The notes beneath the pieces were generated by a model, which had not been told where the DNA came from, did no database searches, and saw only the letters and a list, made by a program, of their open reading frames with translations. A DNA stretch of 64,000 bases from IMG/VR virus record IMGVR_UViG_3300027908_000024, positions 12,860 to 76,859 of that record; one strand, given 5' to 3'. The position numbers and the translations under genes are program-made. The stretch is from a virus. Position 1 is the stretch's first letter, and each line of letters opens with the position of its first letter. Below are positions 34,735-44,303 of this stretch, one piece after another.

Positions 34735-35898
34735 TTAAACGAGCACTACTGAGCTTCCGACCGTATTGGTTCCCACGCCATCCGGTATCGTGATGGCGTT
34801 GTTCAAAAGCGGCTGGCCGTCAATCCTTTGAACGAATCTCCAGACGTTCTGCCATTTGAGCCCCGCCGTCGGTTCATCGAACGTGAGATCGATCTCGATG
34901 TCGTCGCGCTTGCCGATGACATACAGCGTCGGATCAAGCAGGATCACGTCGCCCTTGGTTCCCAGCGCTGGTTGCTTCATGGTCGGGACTATGTCAGCGC
35001 CCTGAAGCACCAGCGGCCCGTTGGGGAACCAGCCCGTAATGTTGGTGAGCTGAGGAAGAACCGTTCGGCTCATCAACCAATAAGGCTGAGAGAGGTTATA
35101 AACGCTCCCGACCATTGTTTGCGAATCTTGCGCCGTGAAGTGAGCCCCCGTCGTCTGCCGGGTCACCAACACGCTCGCGCCGGCGTTGATGATTCCCAGC
35201 GGCTGCCCGACGCCGTTGCCCTGGAGGAAATACCAGTCATCGTACCATGCGATGCTCCGGGCAAACAGGATTCTGAGCCACTTCTCCAACCCGCTGCCGC
35301 CGTCCTGGAGCATCTGGTTAGAGCACAACGCATACGCCGCCAGCGTCCAGGCGTTGAGTTCCAGTTTGCGGAACTTGGGTTCACTCTCGGATAGTGCCGT
35401 GTTCTCCGTGGCAAACTTCACCTGAAGGCCGCCCCAGAACGGCGCCACACCGTTGGCGCTCGGTACGGTTGTCGCATCGCTGACGGGAAGTTGTTTGTTG
35501 AGCGAGCGCATCTCCTCAACGTGTGCGAGCGGCCAGAAGAAGGACTCATCGCTGATGTCCTGCATGAGTTCTTGCGAGAAGTCTTCGGGAACCAGATAGC
35601 CGCCAAGGGTGCCCTGAGTTTCACTCATCGCGCTCTTGCGCTGATACGTGCTGTGAAGCCGCTTGCTCGCATCGGAGGATTTTTCTTTCTTGGCCAGATA
35701 GACATTGGCCATGAAATCCGCAAAGCAATAGCCAGGATCAACCTCTTCTCCAAGAATCTCCTTGTGAAACTTCCGGGCGTTGCTCCGGCCGTTGAGCCAG
35801 CGAAAGATGCCACGGGTCAGCGCATCGGAGCCGCGTCGGATTTCCTTTGGGGAAACCAATGGGCCTTCAGCAGTGGGTGACTCCAGCGCTGCGATCAT
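34735..35898 (-). CDS. Second HK97-fold major capsid-like protein
   Basis: AMSETQGTLGGYLVPEDF...SESEPKFRKLELNAWTL...FLQGNGVGQPLGII...RIDGQP. Start at MIAALES. Confidence 0.85.
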   Translation of the reverse strand: MIAALESPTAEGPLVSPKEIRRGSDALTRGIFRWLNGRSNARKFHKEILGEEVDPGYCFADFMANVYLAKKEKSSDASKRLHSTYQRKSAMSETQGTLGGYLVPEDFSQELMQDISDESFFWPLAHVEEMRSLNKQLPVSDATTVPSANGVAPFWGGLQVKFATENTALSESEPKFRKLELNAWTLAAYALCSNQMLQDGGSGLEKWLRILFARSIAWYDDWYFLQGNGVGQPLGIINAGASVLVTRQTTGAHFTAQDSQTMVGSVYNLSQPYWLMSRTVLPQLTNITGWFPNGPLVLQGADIVPTMKQPALGTKGDVILLDPTLYVIGKRDDIEIDLTFDEPTAGLKWQNVWRFVQRIDGQPLLNNAITIPDGVGTNTVGSSVVLV

Positions 35899-35906
35899 GG
35901 ATCTGC

Positions 35907-36284
35907 TTACTCGCTTTGCTTCTCTCGTGCCAATTGAATTTCCAGTGCCTCTTGAGTCGTCACGGGCTTGCTCTTGAAGGTCTTCTGCACCTGATACACG
36001 GGTTGAAGATCCTTGTGAGGCTGCCTGCCAGCATCGCGCAACAGCGGCACCACGTTTCCTTCCCGGTCGCGATATGTAACGGGTATTTTCTCCTCGCTGT
36101 TTCGCGATGGTGCCTGTGGATCGAGCCAACGACATTCCGGCCACACCGGGTTTCCTTGTGGCTTCCAATCACGAGCGAGAAGAAACTCACCCGAGGTTGC
36201 GAAGTCGTAGACGCTGGAATCTTCGCCAGGCGCAACGGCTATCCCAGAATTCTCCGCGACGGTTGCCGTTCGCTTGCGTGCCAC
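35907..36284 (-). CDS. Hypothetical protein between the two capsid genes
   Basis: 125 aa, GTG start after a repeat element. Confidence 0.6.
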   Translation of the reverse strand: MARKRTATVAENSGIAVAPGEDSSVYDFATSGEFLLARDWKPQGNPVWPECRWLDPQAPSRNSEEKIPVTYRDREGNVVPLLRDAGRQPHKDLQPVYQVQKTFKSKPVTTQEALEIQLAREKQSE

Positions 36285-36295
36285 GTTAACTCCCG

Positions 36296-36396
36296 CTCCC
36301 TTCGGTCGCTTCGCTCACCGTGAGGCGTGGGGCGTGTGGCGAAAATGCCCAGGCCCCTCTTCTCGCCTCACGAACCACGCCTCACGCCCCACGACT
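36296..36396. repeat. Heptamer-armed inverted repeat element (same subtype as 16805)
   Basis: tcgcttcgctc, cgtgaggcgtggggcgtg ... cacgaaccacgcctcacgccccacg. Confidence 0.8.
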
Positions 36397-36397
36397 T

Positions 36398-36865
36398 TCA
36401 GGCTGCCGCCCCGGCCTTCTTGGCTTGCTTGGCCTGTTTGGCGCGCTCCGCCTTGTGCGCCACGCGCTCCAGATGGAGACAGACCTTGATGGCCTCGCTG
36501 AGCGGCATCGGCTCGCCGGCCGGCGTACAGACACTGCGGAACTTCGGCGTGTCGGAGCCGCCCAGATGCTTGGGAATCCCGTTGTGCATCACCAATTGCC
36601 GGACTTCCCATTCCTTCTCGCCAGGCCGGCCACCTTCCTTGTTCTTCTCGACCGTGATCATGATGGGTTCTTGTGTCCACTGATCCTCGGTCGGCTTCGT
36701 CGGATCTTCCCAGAGCGTGCTGGGATGGTTCTCGAATCCCAACGGTCGCCAACCGTTGAACTTCAAAAACCCAACCGGGTCCGTGTAGGGATCGGGCCGG
36801 CTGGTCGGAACCGGCTTGTTGTTCATCGTACTCTGCACCGGGGTCGTGCTCGGATCAGCGGCCAT
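36398..36865 (-). CDS. Hypothetical protein
   Basis: About 155 aa from MAADPST (GGAG RBS). Confidence 0.6.
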   Translation of the reverse strand: MAADPSTTPVQSTMNNKPVPTSRPDPYTDPVGFLKFNGWRPLGFENHPSTLWEDPTKPTEDQWTQEPIMITVEKNKEGGRPGEKEWEVRQLVMHNGIPKHLGGSDTPKFRSVCTPAGEPMPLSEAIKVCLHLERVAHKAERAKQAKQAKKAGAAA

Positions 36866-36884
36866 CTTGCACTCCAAAAAGGAT

Positions 36885-37009
36885 AGTCATTAGTCACTGG
36901 TCATTGGTCATTGGTCACTGGTCATTAGTTTGGCAGGACACTCGCATGGTCGTGGCCTATTTGTCGGCAGGGCGACAACTAATGACGAATGACCAGGGAC
37001 CAAGGACTA
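36885..37009. repeat. GGTCATT heptamer tandem repeat with a partial inverted arm
   Basis: (agtcatt/ggtcact/ggtcatt)x6 ... aactaatgacgaatgaccagggaccaaggacta, directly after the MCP stop codon. Confidence 0.8.
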
Positions 37010-38371
37010 TTTGAGAGCCACGAACGGCGACACCTGATAGGTGCCGTCAGCGAGCGTGATCGGGTTGTTGAGCCACGGCTGGCCGTCGAGGCGCAGAGCG
37101 ACTCGCCAGACCATCTGGTAGTTGAGGAACCGGACTGACGGGTTGAGTTCCATCTCGTATTCCTGGCGTTCGCCGACAACGTAGAGGGCGCGGTTGACGA
37201 GCAGCAGATCGCCCTGAGTGCCGAGCGCCGGCAGTTTTTCCGTCAGGTACAAATCCTTGCCGTACAGCTTACCGAAGGTATTGTTCTTGGTATCGAGAGC
37301 CTTCGTCACACCGGCGTCGCGCGGGATAAACACTGGATTTCCAGCGTTGTCCACCATGCCGGCAATCTGCGGGACGATGCTCTGGTGGCCGATCCACACG
37401 CATGGATCAGACATCATGCCAGCCCACATTTTGCTGAACATGTTGTTCACATCGGCCCACTTGATCGCGCCCGGAACGGTGCGCGTCACGGCGATCGTGG
37501 CCGGGCAGTTTACGATGCCCAAAGGCTGGCCCACTCCATTTCCCTGGAGGAAGGCGTAATCCTTGGCCCACACGGCCGCGAGGCGGAACAACTCGGTCAA
37601 GAGACCTTCAAGGCCGACCGCGTTGTCGCGGAGGAGTTGAATCGAGGCGATGGCATAAAGGCCCAGGAAGTGCGCCGTCAGTTCCGTGCTGCGGAACTGC
37701 GGTTCCGATTCGTTGATCGTTCCTTCCGGAGACCAGCTGGCCTTGATGCCACCGAGGATGTTGGACTGACCGGGCGCGTTGTTGGTCGTCATGTCCAAGG
37801 ATGGGATCGTCAACGTCAGCGAGTCCAGCGGCAAGACCTCTGCGCCTGGTTCGATGATGGCATCCTCACCCTGGATTCTCTGGAGGATGTCCAGGAACAT
37901 GGGCGGCACCGTGTAGCCGCCCGCGACGCCCTGACCTTCGTTGAGTAGCGCCTTCTTGAAGTAGTTGTTGTCGATCTGCTGAATGCCGACGCCATACTGC
38001 TTGAGCCGGCTCAGGGCATTCAGGTCGGCCTGGCCTTTGTGGACCGACAGCGACCACTTGTAGAAGTCGTTGAAGTATTCGCCGAGCGTGGCCTCGAAGC
38101 CGTTATCCGGGTTGGTGCATTTGCCGAAACCCGTGCCCTTGCGACGGCGCTTGGAGACGGGATGGAAACTGCCGTCCGGCATGTAGAGGCCCGGGATCGC
38201 GCCACCGCCCGTATGGCCCAGCATCATCTTCTGGACGTTGACGCCCGGGTTGGTCTTTTCGAGTTGCTTCGTCAGCGTATCGACCGCGCCAAGCATCATC
38301 TGCTGGCCGTCGGCCCATAGCTTCTTCGTTTGCTGAAGATCGCTGGCAACCTCTTCGATTGTGGTCGGCAT
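37007..38371 (-). CDS. Major capsid protein (HK97 fold)
   Basis: KALLNEGQGVAGGYTVPP...INESEPQFRSTELTAH...FLQGNGVGQPLGIV...LRLDGQPW; strong AGGAG RBS; N-terminal delta-like domain. Confidence 0.92.
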   Translation of the reverse strand: MPTTIEEVASDLQQTKKLWADGQQMMLGAVDTLTKQLEKTNPGVNVQKMMLGHTGGGAIPGLYMPDGSFHPVSKRRRKGTGFGKCTNPDNGFEATLGEYFNDFYKWSLSVHKGQADLNALSRLKQYGVGIQQIDNNYFKKALLNEGQGVAGGYTVPPMFLDILQRIQGEDAIIEPGAEVLPLDSLTLTIPSLDMTTNNAPGQSNILGGIKASWSPEGTINESEPQFRSTELTAHFLGLYAIASIQLLRDNAVGLEGLLTELFRLAAVWAKDYAFLQGNGVGQPLGIVNCPATIAVTRTVPGAIKWADVNNMFSKMWAGMMSDPCVWIGHQSIVPQIAGMVDNAGNPVFIPRDAGVTKALDTKNNTFGKLYGKDLYLTEKLPALGTQGDLLLVNRALYVVGERQEYEMELNPSVRFLNYQMVWRVALRLDGQPWLNNPITLADGTYQVSPFVALK

Positions 38372-38467
38372 TGGAAATCTCCTGTATGCTCGGCAAAGGT
38401 TGCCGGATCGCGAAGGTAATTGTTGAGACGGTCTTGGACAAAGAGCAAATTTGCGGTGAGGATTCTG

Positions 38468-38752
38468 TCAAGAAAACTTCTTTTTGGCATCCTGGCGCTG
38501 GTTTTTTGGCAGCATTCTGCGATCCTGATAACCCTGTTGAGCGGCCTCACGCGGTGGCGTTTCGCCGACTTCAAGAACAAGAAAAGCCGACTGATCCTGC
38601 GCATCGACGCCAAGGATCTTGCTCATCAGCTTGTTGAAGCACTCGCCGGATTTGTCCGAGAGTGTATCTGGTTGGACGGCCCAGAGGCCCTTGGGCGTCT
38701 TGAGCCAGCCAACGTACTTCACGTCTTTCTTCTTGGGTCGCAGATCGAACAT
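38468..38752 (-). CDS. Hypothetical protein
   Basis: 94 aa between the protease and MCP genes. Confidence 0.5.
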   Translation of the reverse strand: MFDLRPKKKDVKYVGWLKTPKGLWAVQPDTLSDKSGECFNKLMSKILGVDAQDQSAFLVLEVGETPPREAAQQGYQDRRMLPKNQRQDAKKKFS

Positions 38753-38786
38753 GAATCTCTCTCGTTGCCATCTTCCATTCTGCCTT

Positions 38787-41700
38787 TTAGCCCTTATAGC
38801 CGTCCGGCATCCGCCCCGTGGCGCTGATCAGCAGGTTGTCGAGCCGGGTTTTCAGTTCCTGCGCGCCGGTTTCCTGCATGGTGCGAAATTCTTTCGTTTC
38901 GGCCTGAAGACTCTTGAGGCTCTTCTCGTCAAGCTCGCGCTGTGCCTCTTTGCCTTCCTTGTCGGCATCCTTCTTTGGCTCGTCGGTCTTCTCCTCTGGC
39001 TTCTTTTCCGGCTCAGTCTTCTTGCCAGCCGTCGGAACCTCGGGTCCTTCCTCATGGGCGCCACCGCTGTCGATCTCCTCCAGCGAACTGGTCATGTCCT
39101 TGTGATGCATCGCGCAGGCAGACTTATGCAGGCGCGTGAACTCGTCGCCGGGGTCCATTGCGGCCATGTCGCCCATGTGGTCCGTGGCGGCCTTGAAGAC
39201 TCCCAGGTGTCGCTTGGCCAGGCGCTTGGTTTGCCGAGGCGGCTTGCTCTTGTTGTTGGGCACCTTGCCGTTCTTGGCCGTATCGATGGTCGGTTTGCGG
39301 TAAGGAGCCAACTTGTCTTCGGCGATGCCGGATTGGCTGGCATTGCCGGATTCGCTCTCGGTTTCACCACCGAAGTCGATCTCTGGATACCTGGACTTGT
39401 ACATCTCCTTGGCTTCGTTCATGACATCTTCCCAGAAGGTGCGCTGCATCTCGTCGTCGCAGAGCCCCAGGAAGGTTTCAATGTCTTCGAGCATGCGCTG
39501 ACCGAACTCGGCACCGTGAGGAAGCTCCGGTTGATCGGTGAGTTGCTTGTCGATGTCCTGGGCTTCTTCCGCACCGCCAACCGATTCGGGGCCGGCATCG
39601 GCGTCCTTCTTCTTGGCGGCGCACAGGCTCTTGCCTTCTCCGCACATCGAGTATGCGATAGCCTGACTTTGGGTTTCCGGATAGCCTTCGTCGATGAGTT
39701 TCGGGATCTTCTTGCTCACGCATTCCTGAAGCGCCGGGTCCTTGGAAGCCTTCAGGTGCATGACCTTGAGGTATTCCTTGAGCATTCTGGCCGGCATGCG
39801 GGCAAACACCCTCGCCGTGGCTTGCTTTTCGATGACCAGTTGCTTCTCAATCGCCGCTTCGTTCGGCTTGCCGGCCTCCGCGCCGTCTGGTTTCATGGGA
39901 GTCTCCGTGGGTTCCGGCGTGGTTTGTGGTTTATCGGCTGGCTCTTTCGGACCCGTCACGGTGGCGGGTGCATGCTGGAGCATTTGCTCTTTTTCATCGA
40001 TCGGGTGTGCTTCCCACCAGCCCTGTTCCTTGACGGGGCCGGACTTGGGTTGCTGGATGACTTTCTTCACGCCGTTGAGAGAGTCCAGGTCTTTCTTGAC
40101 AGCACTCAGGTGTTCCGGCTTTGCGTTGATGCCGTGGACGTGGTGAACACTGCCACTCTCGGGGTGATAGTGGAAGTGGTGCAGGCCGTCTGAGGAGTTG
40201 GGTTCATGCAACTTGGCGCATTCCCGGATGCCTTCCATGACATGACGGTGATAGGCTTTTTCTCCTTCCGGGATACCGTAGCCGCCCATCGCGCCGCCGC
40301 CTTCCATCATCGCTTTCGTGGTCATCTTCACTGCCCTCACAGGCTTTTTCGGCGCGGCTTTCACGATAGCCGGCGGCTGTTGTTTGGTGAATATGGCCGG
40401 AGTTGCTTGCGAATTGCAAACTACCAGACCAGGGATCAGGGATTTGCGCCGGCGCAGACTACCAAAGGAACTGTAGTTGCTCCCCTCCAACTGGATTTGA
40501 TCGATCAGTTCGCGTTGAGCCTTGACCTTTTCGATAGCTTCCTGAAGGGCCTTGTCAGGCGTCAGACCATCGTGCTCTGAGAGCGTCTTGGCGAACGCGG
40601 CCAACTCATAGACATGTGCCCCCGAGTAACCGTCTGAGGAAGTGACTGCGTTGTCGCGATCCGACTGAGAGACGGCCGGCAACCACTTGGCCAGCATGGC
40701 GCGGCGAACATCGGGAGTCGGCAAATCGAAATGCAGAACGTCGTGGAACCTGCCCGGCCGGTCGATCAACGCTTCGGGCAAGCGTTCCGGGAAGTTGGTA
40801 GTCAGGATGGTCAGCACGCCGCTTGAGCGCGAGATGCCGTCCATCTCCGTCTTGATCAGATCCACGGTCGTGTCGGAGAGCCAGTTGTCCACGTCTTCGA
40901 TGAAGAGCACGGAAGGGGCAAGTTCCTTGGCCATCTCGAAGCCAAGGCTGGTGCCACCGAAGGAACCTGAGTGATGGTAGTCCCTCGAACTGACCCAGAT
41001 GAATGTCGCCTTGGCGTGGTTGCGGATGATCCGCCCTGAGAGCGTCTTGCCATTTCCCGGACTTCCAGTGAGGATGCAACCCCGGTTAGCAAAGGCAACG
41101 CCTTTTTCGTTGATCAATTCCACATAGCGCTGAAGCGTCTGGCGGTTCAGATCCGGCAGAAAAACGTCGTCCCAGGTTTCCTTGGTGCGATCGAGGAACT
41201 CACCCGAGAGAGCAAAAGCCTCTCCCTTGAGGAAATTGTGCGTCCGCGCCCAATCCCAGGCTTTTTCAAGGATCGTATCGCCGATGGAGTGGTTGACATT
41301 GCTGGTTAAGATGGTCAGTTCAAGACCACCAAACGTCGGTTCAAAACTGGCGACGAACCGAACCGTGCCACGGCCTGGTTCGTTGCCTTTGTAGAACGCG
41401 GCACCGTCGATCAGAAAGTCATCGCGCTTCGTCGAGTTCAACTCGATGGTCGCAAATTGCGGCGGTGATTCCTTGCCGTCGCGGTGGATGTTCCGCGTAT
41501 CGTCCAGGTGATACTGCGCCAGGATGCCCTTCAACCCGGTCAGGAAAGATCCCATGCGCGGTGCGGGAATGAAGGTCGGATTGCGCCAAAGGTTCTTGAT
41601 CTCACAACCGACGTAACGGCAGATCCAGTCATAGGATACGCTGGACGGACGAGAAGGGACGTTCTCGATCGGGAACGGGCTGGGTTCATCGTAGGAGGCT

Positions 41701-42614
41701 TCAGCGGTTGGGCCGTTGAAGGCTTCCGGGAAGGACTTGTTCCATCTTGTGGGACCATGATCGCTGGAGGGGGCGCGGAGGATCTTGGCTTCGCTCATGA
41801 AACCTCCGATGACCTGTTGGGGACGGGGTTCGGCAAGAGGGGCGAGAGCCTTCACGATCATCGGGCTCAATCGCTCGTCGCCGACGCGACCTTTTTCAAG
41901 CGTTTTTCTGATCAGCGAAGAGGCACGCTTGGCGGCATCGCGGTACTGAGGCGGCAGATAGCCGGGTTTCATGTCGTCGGCAGTTTCGCTGCCGATGATG
42001 TTTTGCCGGCCGGTTGATGGAGATATTTTCGACCTGTCAAGTCCTGCATGCGCGTTGCACGGAATGCCGACGATCGACCATTCCAACAGTTTCCATTTCG
42101 TGAATCGTTGTCCGGCATAGGGATGCCCATGCAAGGCCGGCAAAGGTATCGGTTCGTCGATAAAATCGAATCCGATACTGCATCCCGGCAGCATTCCTTC
42201 GGCCACAAGTGCAAATATCTGACGGGCTTCCGGCAACGACTGAGTGAAATAACACCGCGCCGTGATGCGGTCTTCATGGAGCTTTACGGTCAGTTCGCCT
42301 TCCGGCGTTGCCGATCTGCCTATCGGAAGTGGGATATCTTGATGAAGACCAAAAACGACCGGGTTTGACTTATATTCATCCAGTACGCAACCCATCGGTT
42401 CGACAACATCGCCAACGCGATCTCTTGCATTGCTGCTGATCACAAAATCGGCGTAAAACTCTTCCTGGTTGACCGGCAGATTGTCGGTGCGAAGAGTCGT
42501 CAGTTGAAGCGCCAGGCTGGACTGGTGAGGCTGAACATAGCCAAAAACAGGCTGACGTTGCCTGTCGGCCAGGTCTTTTTTGAATTGCGGCGAGTAGTGT
42601 GCTGGTGAAGACAT
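38787..42614 (-). CDS. HK97-type prohead protease fused to a AAA+ ATPase and an acidic scaffold-like C-terminus
   Basis: Protease: DRVGDVV...PVVFGLH...GCSIGF...LLEWSIVGIPCN. AAA: GSPGNGKT (Walker A), LFIEDVD (Walker B), TTNFPERLPEALIDRPGRF (second region of homology). Confidence 0.88.
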   Translation of the reverse strand: MSSPAHYSPQFKKDLADRQRQPVFGYVQPHQSSLALQLTTLRTDNLPVNQEEFYADFVISSNARDRVGDVVEPMGCVLDEYKSNPVVFGLHQDIPLPIGRSATPEGELTVKLHEDRITARCYFTQSLPEARQIFALVAEGMLPGCSIGFDFIDEPIPLPALHGHPYAGQRFTKWKLLEWSIVGIPCNAHAGLDRSKISPSTGRQNIIGSETADDMKPGYLPPQYRDAAKRASSLIRKTLEKGRVGDERLSPMIVKALAPLAEPRPQQVIGGFMSEAKILRAPSSDHGPTRWNKSFPEAFNGPTAEASYDEPSPFPIENVPSRPSSVSYDWICRYVGCEIKNLWRNPTFIPAPRMGSFLTGLKGILAQYHLDDTRNIHRDGKESPPQFATIELNSTKRDDFLIDGAAFYKGNEPGRGTVRFVASFEPTFGGLELTILTSNVNHSIGDTILEKAWDWARTHNFLKGEAFALSGEFLDRTKETWDDVFLPDLNRQTLQRYVELINEKGVAFANRGCILTGSPGNGKTLSGRIIRNHAKATFIWVSSRDYHHSGSFGGTSLGFEMAKELAPSVLFIEDVDNWLSDTTVDLIKTEMDGISRSSGVLTILTTNFPERLPEALIDRPGRFHDVLHFDLPTPDVRRAMLAKWLPAVSQSDRDNAVTSSDGYSGAHVYELAAFAKTLSEHDGLTPDKALQEAIEKVKAQRELIDQIQLEGSNYSSFGSLRRRKSLIPGLVVCNSQATPAIFTKQQPPAIVKAAPKKPVRAVKMTTKAMMEGGGAMGGYGIPEGEKAYHRHVMEGIRECAKLHEPNSSDGLHHFHYHPESGSVHHVHGINAKPEHLSAVKKDLDSLNGVKKVIQQPKSGPVKEQGWWEAHPIDEKEQMLQHAPATVTGPKEPADKPQTTPEPTETPMKPDGAEAGKPNEAAIEKQLVIEKQATARVFARMPARMLKEYLKVMHLKASKDPALQECVSKKIPKLIDEGYPETQSQAIAYSMCGEGKSLCAAKKKDADAGPESVGGAEEAQDIDKQLTDQPELPHGAEFGQRMLEDIETFLGLCDDEMQRTFWEDVMNEAKEMYKSRYPEIDFGGETESESGNASQSGIAEDKLAPYRKPTIDTAKNGKVPNNKSKPPRQTKRLAKRHLGVFKAATDHMGDMAAMDPGDEFTRLHKSACAMHHKDMTSSLEEIDSGGAHEEGPEVPTAGKKTEPEKKPEEKTDEPKKDADKEGKEAQRELDEKSLKSLQAETKEFRTMQETGAQELKTRLDNLLISATGRMPDGYKG

Positions 42615-42661
42615 GCCCGCAAGAATGCCTTGCGGGACGGGGAAGGGTCAAATTGCTCTTC

Positions 42662-42988
42662 TTAGAGCTTGCTGATCGCAACCTGAAGTTGCGCCGATTG
42701 GCGCTCGGCAAACACCTGGAGTTGCCGGTAGTCGTCCGGCGTATCATCAAGTTCCTTGAGCGGTGCCAGGTAATCGCTCATCGACGCCTTGTCGGCTTCG
42801 GCTCTGGCGCGCTTGAGCCAATCGGCAAGCCACAGCTTCATCCTCCGGCCAAGCTCCGCGTGGATATTCTCCATGCTGCCGTCGTTTCGGTAGTTCATCG
42901 GCAGGCTAGCGAGATATTTCTGGACCGTCGAATCGAGTTCTCGGGAGAGTGTGGTCAAGGCGAGATGGGATAACTGTTGCTGACTCAT
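42662..42988 (-). CDS. Hypothetical protein
   Basis: 108 aa from MSQQQL. Confidence 0.55.
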   Translation of the reverse strand: MSQQQLSHLALTTLSRELDSTVQKYLASLPMNYRNDGSMENIHAELGRRMKLWLADWLKRARAEADKASMSDYLAPLKELDDTPDDYRQLQVFAERQSAQLQVAISKL

Positions 42989-43035
42989 TGTCGGCTCCGG
43001 CTGGTGGTCGCGAATGGCGGGATGATCGTAACCGG

Positions 43036-43296
43036 TCAGTCCATCACATGGCAATCCACGTCCGATTCTTCCACGACCGGCCCCAACCGTGCCACGGCCG
43101 ACAGTCCGAGCAATCGCGCCGTCCAGGAATCTCTTTCGACGATGGCCGCAAACCGCGATCCGACCGGAAGGCCGAGCAGCGCCGGTGGCAGGAGATCAAC
43201 CCTGACGCGCTCGACTCTTCCAGATTCCCAGCGAATGCGCGTCAGGAAACCTTTGGAGAGACGAGTGCCGATCTGACGTTGAATATATGTGTTCAT
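43036..43296 (-). CDS. Hypothetical protein
   Basis: 86 aa, 4-nt overlap with the upstream gene. Confidence 0.45.
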   Translation of the reverse strand: MNTYIQRQIGTRLSKGFLTRIRWESGRVERVRVDLLPPALLGLPVGSRFAAIVERDSWTARLLGLSAVARLGPVVEESDVDCHVMD

Positions 43297-43592
43297 GGTT
43301 GTGATAATCCGTAACTTCCCAGGAAACGCCGCTCGAAATCAGTCATGCTGGCCATGAGCGAGGAGTAACTCTCTCCAGGCCAGAGACGCTCTTTGGGCGT
43401 CCCCAGGCTGAGGCAGACGATCTTCTCCAGGTTCGGTGCCAACTCTCGTGAGAGCGCCAACAGATCAAGCATGTCCTGCATGGAGGCTGGATCGACGGTC
43501 AATGCCTGAAACTCCGCGCCGCGCATGTCGGCCGGATCAGGATAGTTGGTCAGGCGTTTGCCGTCAGCGGAGCGGATGCAGTTGCGACACAT
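43293..43592 (-). CDS. Hypothetical protein
   Basis: 99 aa, co-oriented. Confidence 0.5.
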   Translation of the reverse strand: MCRNCIRSADGKRLTNYPDPADMRGAEFQALTVDPASMQDMLDLLALSRELAPNLEKIVCLSLGTPKERLWPGESYSSLMASMTDFERRFLGSYGLSQP

Positions 43593-43595
43593 TGA

Positions 43596-43865
43596 TCAGC
43601 CCTCAGTCTTCGGCATCTCCAACCCGGCATCGGCATACATGGCGCGAACGAATATCCAAATATCACTATGTCCGGTGTTCGTGGTGCGGGAATAAAAACT
43701 GAGGCGGCGATTCAGTTCTTTGAGAAAGTCCACGGAAGGCGGCTCCATGGCGCGGAGAAGCGCCAATTCCGATTGGTATTCCTCGACCTTGGCTTTTTCG
43801 ATTGCCAACGCCTTTTCATAGTTTTCGATCTTGTCGGCAAGAGAACCATAGACGTGTTCACTCAT
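43596..43865 (-). CDS. Hypothetical protein, paralog of 44304..44573
   Basis: EHVYGS...PPSxxFLxELxRR...YADAGLEMPKTE shared. Confidence 0.7.
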   Translation of the reverse strand: MSEHVYGSLADKIENYEKALAIEKAKVEEYQSELALLRAMEPPSVDFLKELNRRLSFYSRTTNTGHSDIWIFVRAMYADAGLEMPKTEG

Positions 43866-43950
43866 CGCGTTCGCTCCCTTCAATCGGTTCAAGTTCCTCT
43901 TCGCTAATCGGTTAAGACACTACCCACAGTTACGGCACATGGGAGCTTCC

Positions 43951-44298
43951 TCATTCATCGTAACAAGGAGCGCAATAGCATGGCTCTGTATTGCCGCAAA
44001 GTTTGCAATAGCCATCCATGATGCGCTCATGGACATCACGCAACTCTTCACGGGTCATTTCCGCCATGAACGAACGAATCGCGGTGACGAGCAGATCGAC
44101 AGCTGAAACCGGGTTGATAGGAACCTCGCGAACCAGAGTATCACCACCATCCGCGAAGTGTGCCGATCGGCCGTTCGCAAGCCAACAACAACCGGAGTGG
44201 ACTTTGATAGCCAGGTTGCAGTTTCGCGCCAGGAAAACCGCGCCATCGCGAAGGTGGCGCAGTTTGACCCAGAGAAAATCATCATCGTTGTCTTCCAT
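43951..44298 (-). CDS. Hypothetical protein with a C-terminal Cys cluster
   Basis: GYCKLCGNTEPCYC; GGAG RBS. Confidence 0.6.
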   Translation of the reverse strand: MEDNDDDFLWVKLRHLRDGAVFLARNCNLAIKVHSGCCWLANGRSAHFADGGDTLVREVPINPVSAVDLLVTAIRSFMAEMTREELRDVHERIMDGYCKLCGNTEPCYCAPCYDE

Positions 44299-44303
44299 CG
44301 CTA

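Noticed and set aside
36885-36930. Tandem repeats as a possible CRISPR array
   Set aside because: The units are 7 nt with no unique spacers, and no cas genes are present.
38619-40193. Long plus-strand ORFs (e.g. 524 aa at 38619, 375 aa at 1244, 330 aa at 19722, 328 aa at 23938, 319 aa at 13257)
   Set aside because: They are antisense shadows of well-supported minus-strand genes in GC-rich DNA, with no motifs or RBS support.
41043-41100. AAA module as an intein or terminase ATPase
   Set aside because: No intein C/S...HN-C/S/T boundaries or endonuclease motifs; the SRH (DRPGRF) marks a classical AAA+, not a terminase.
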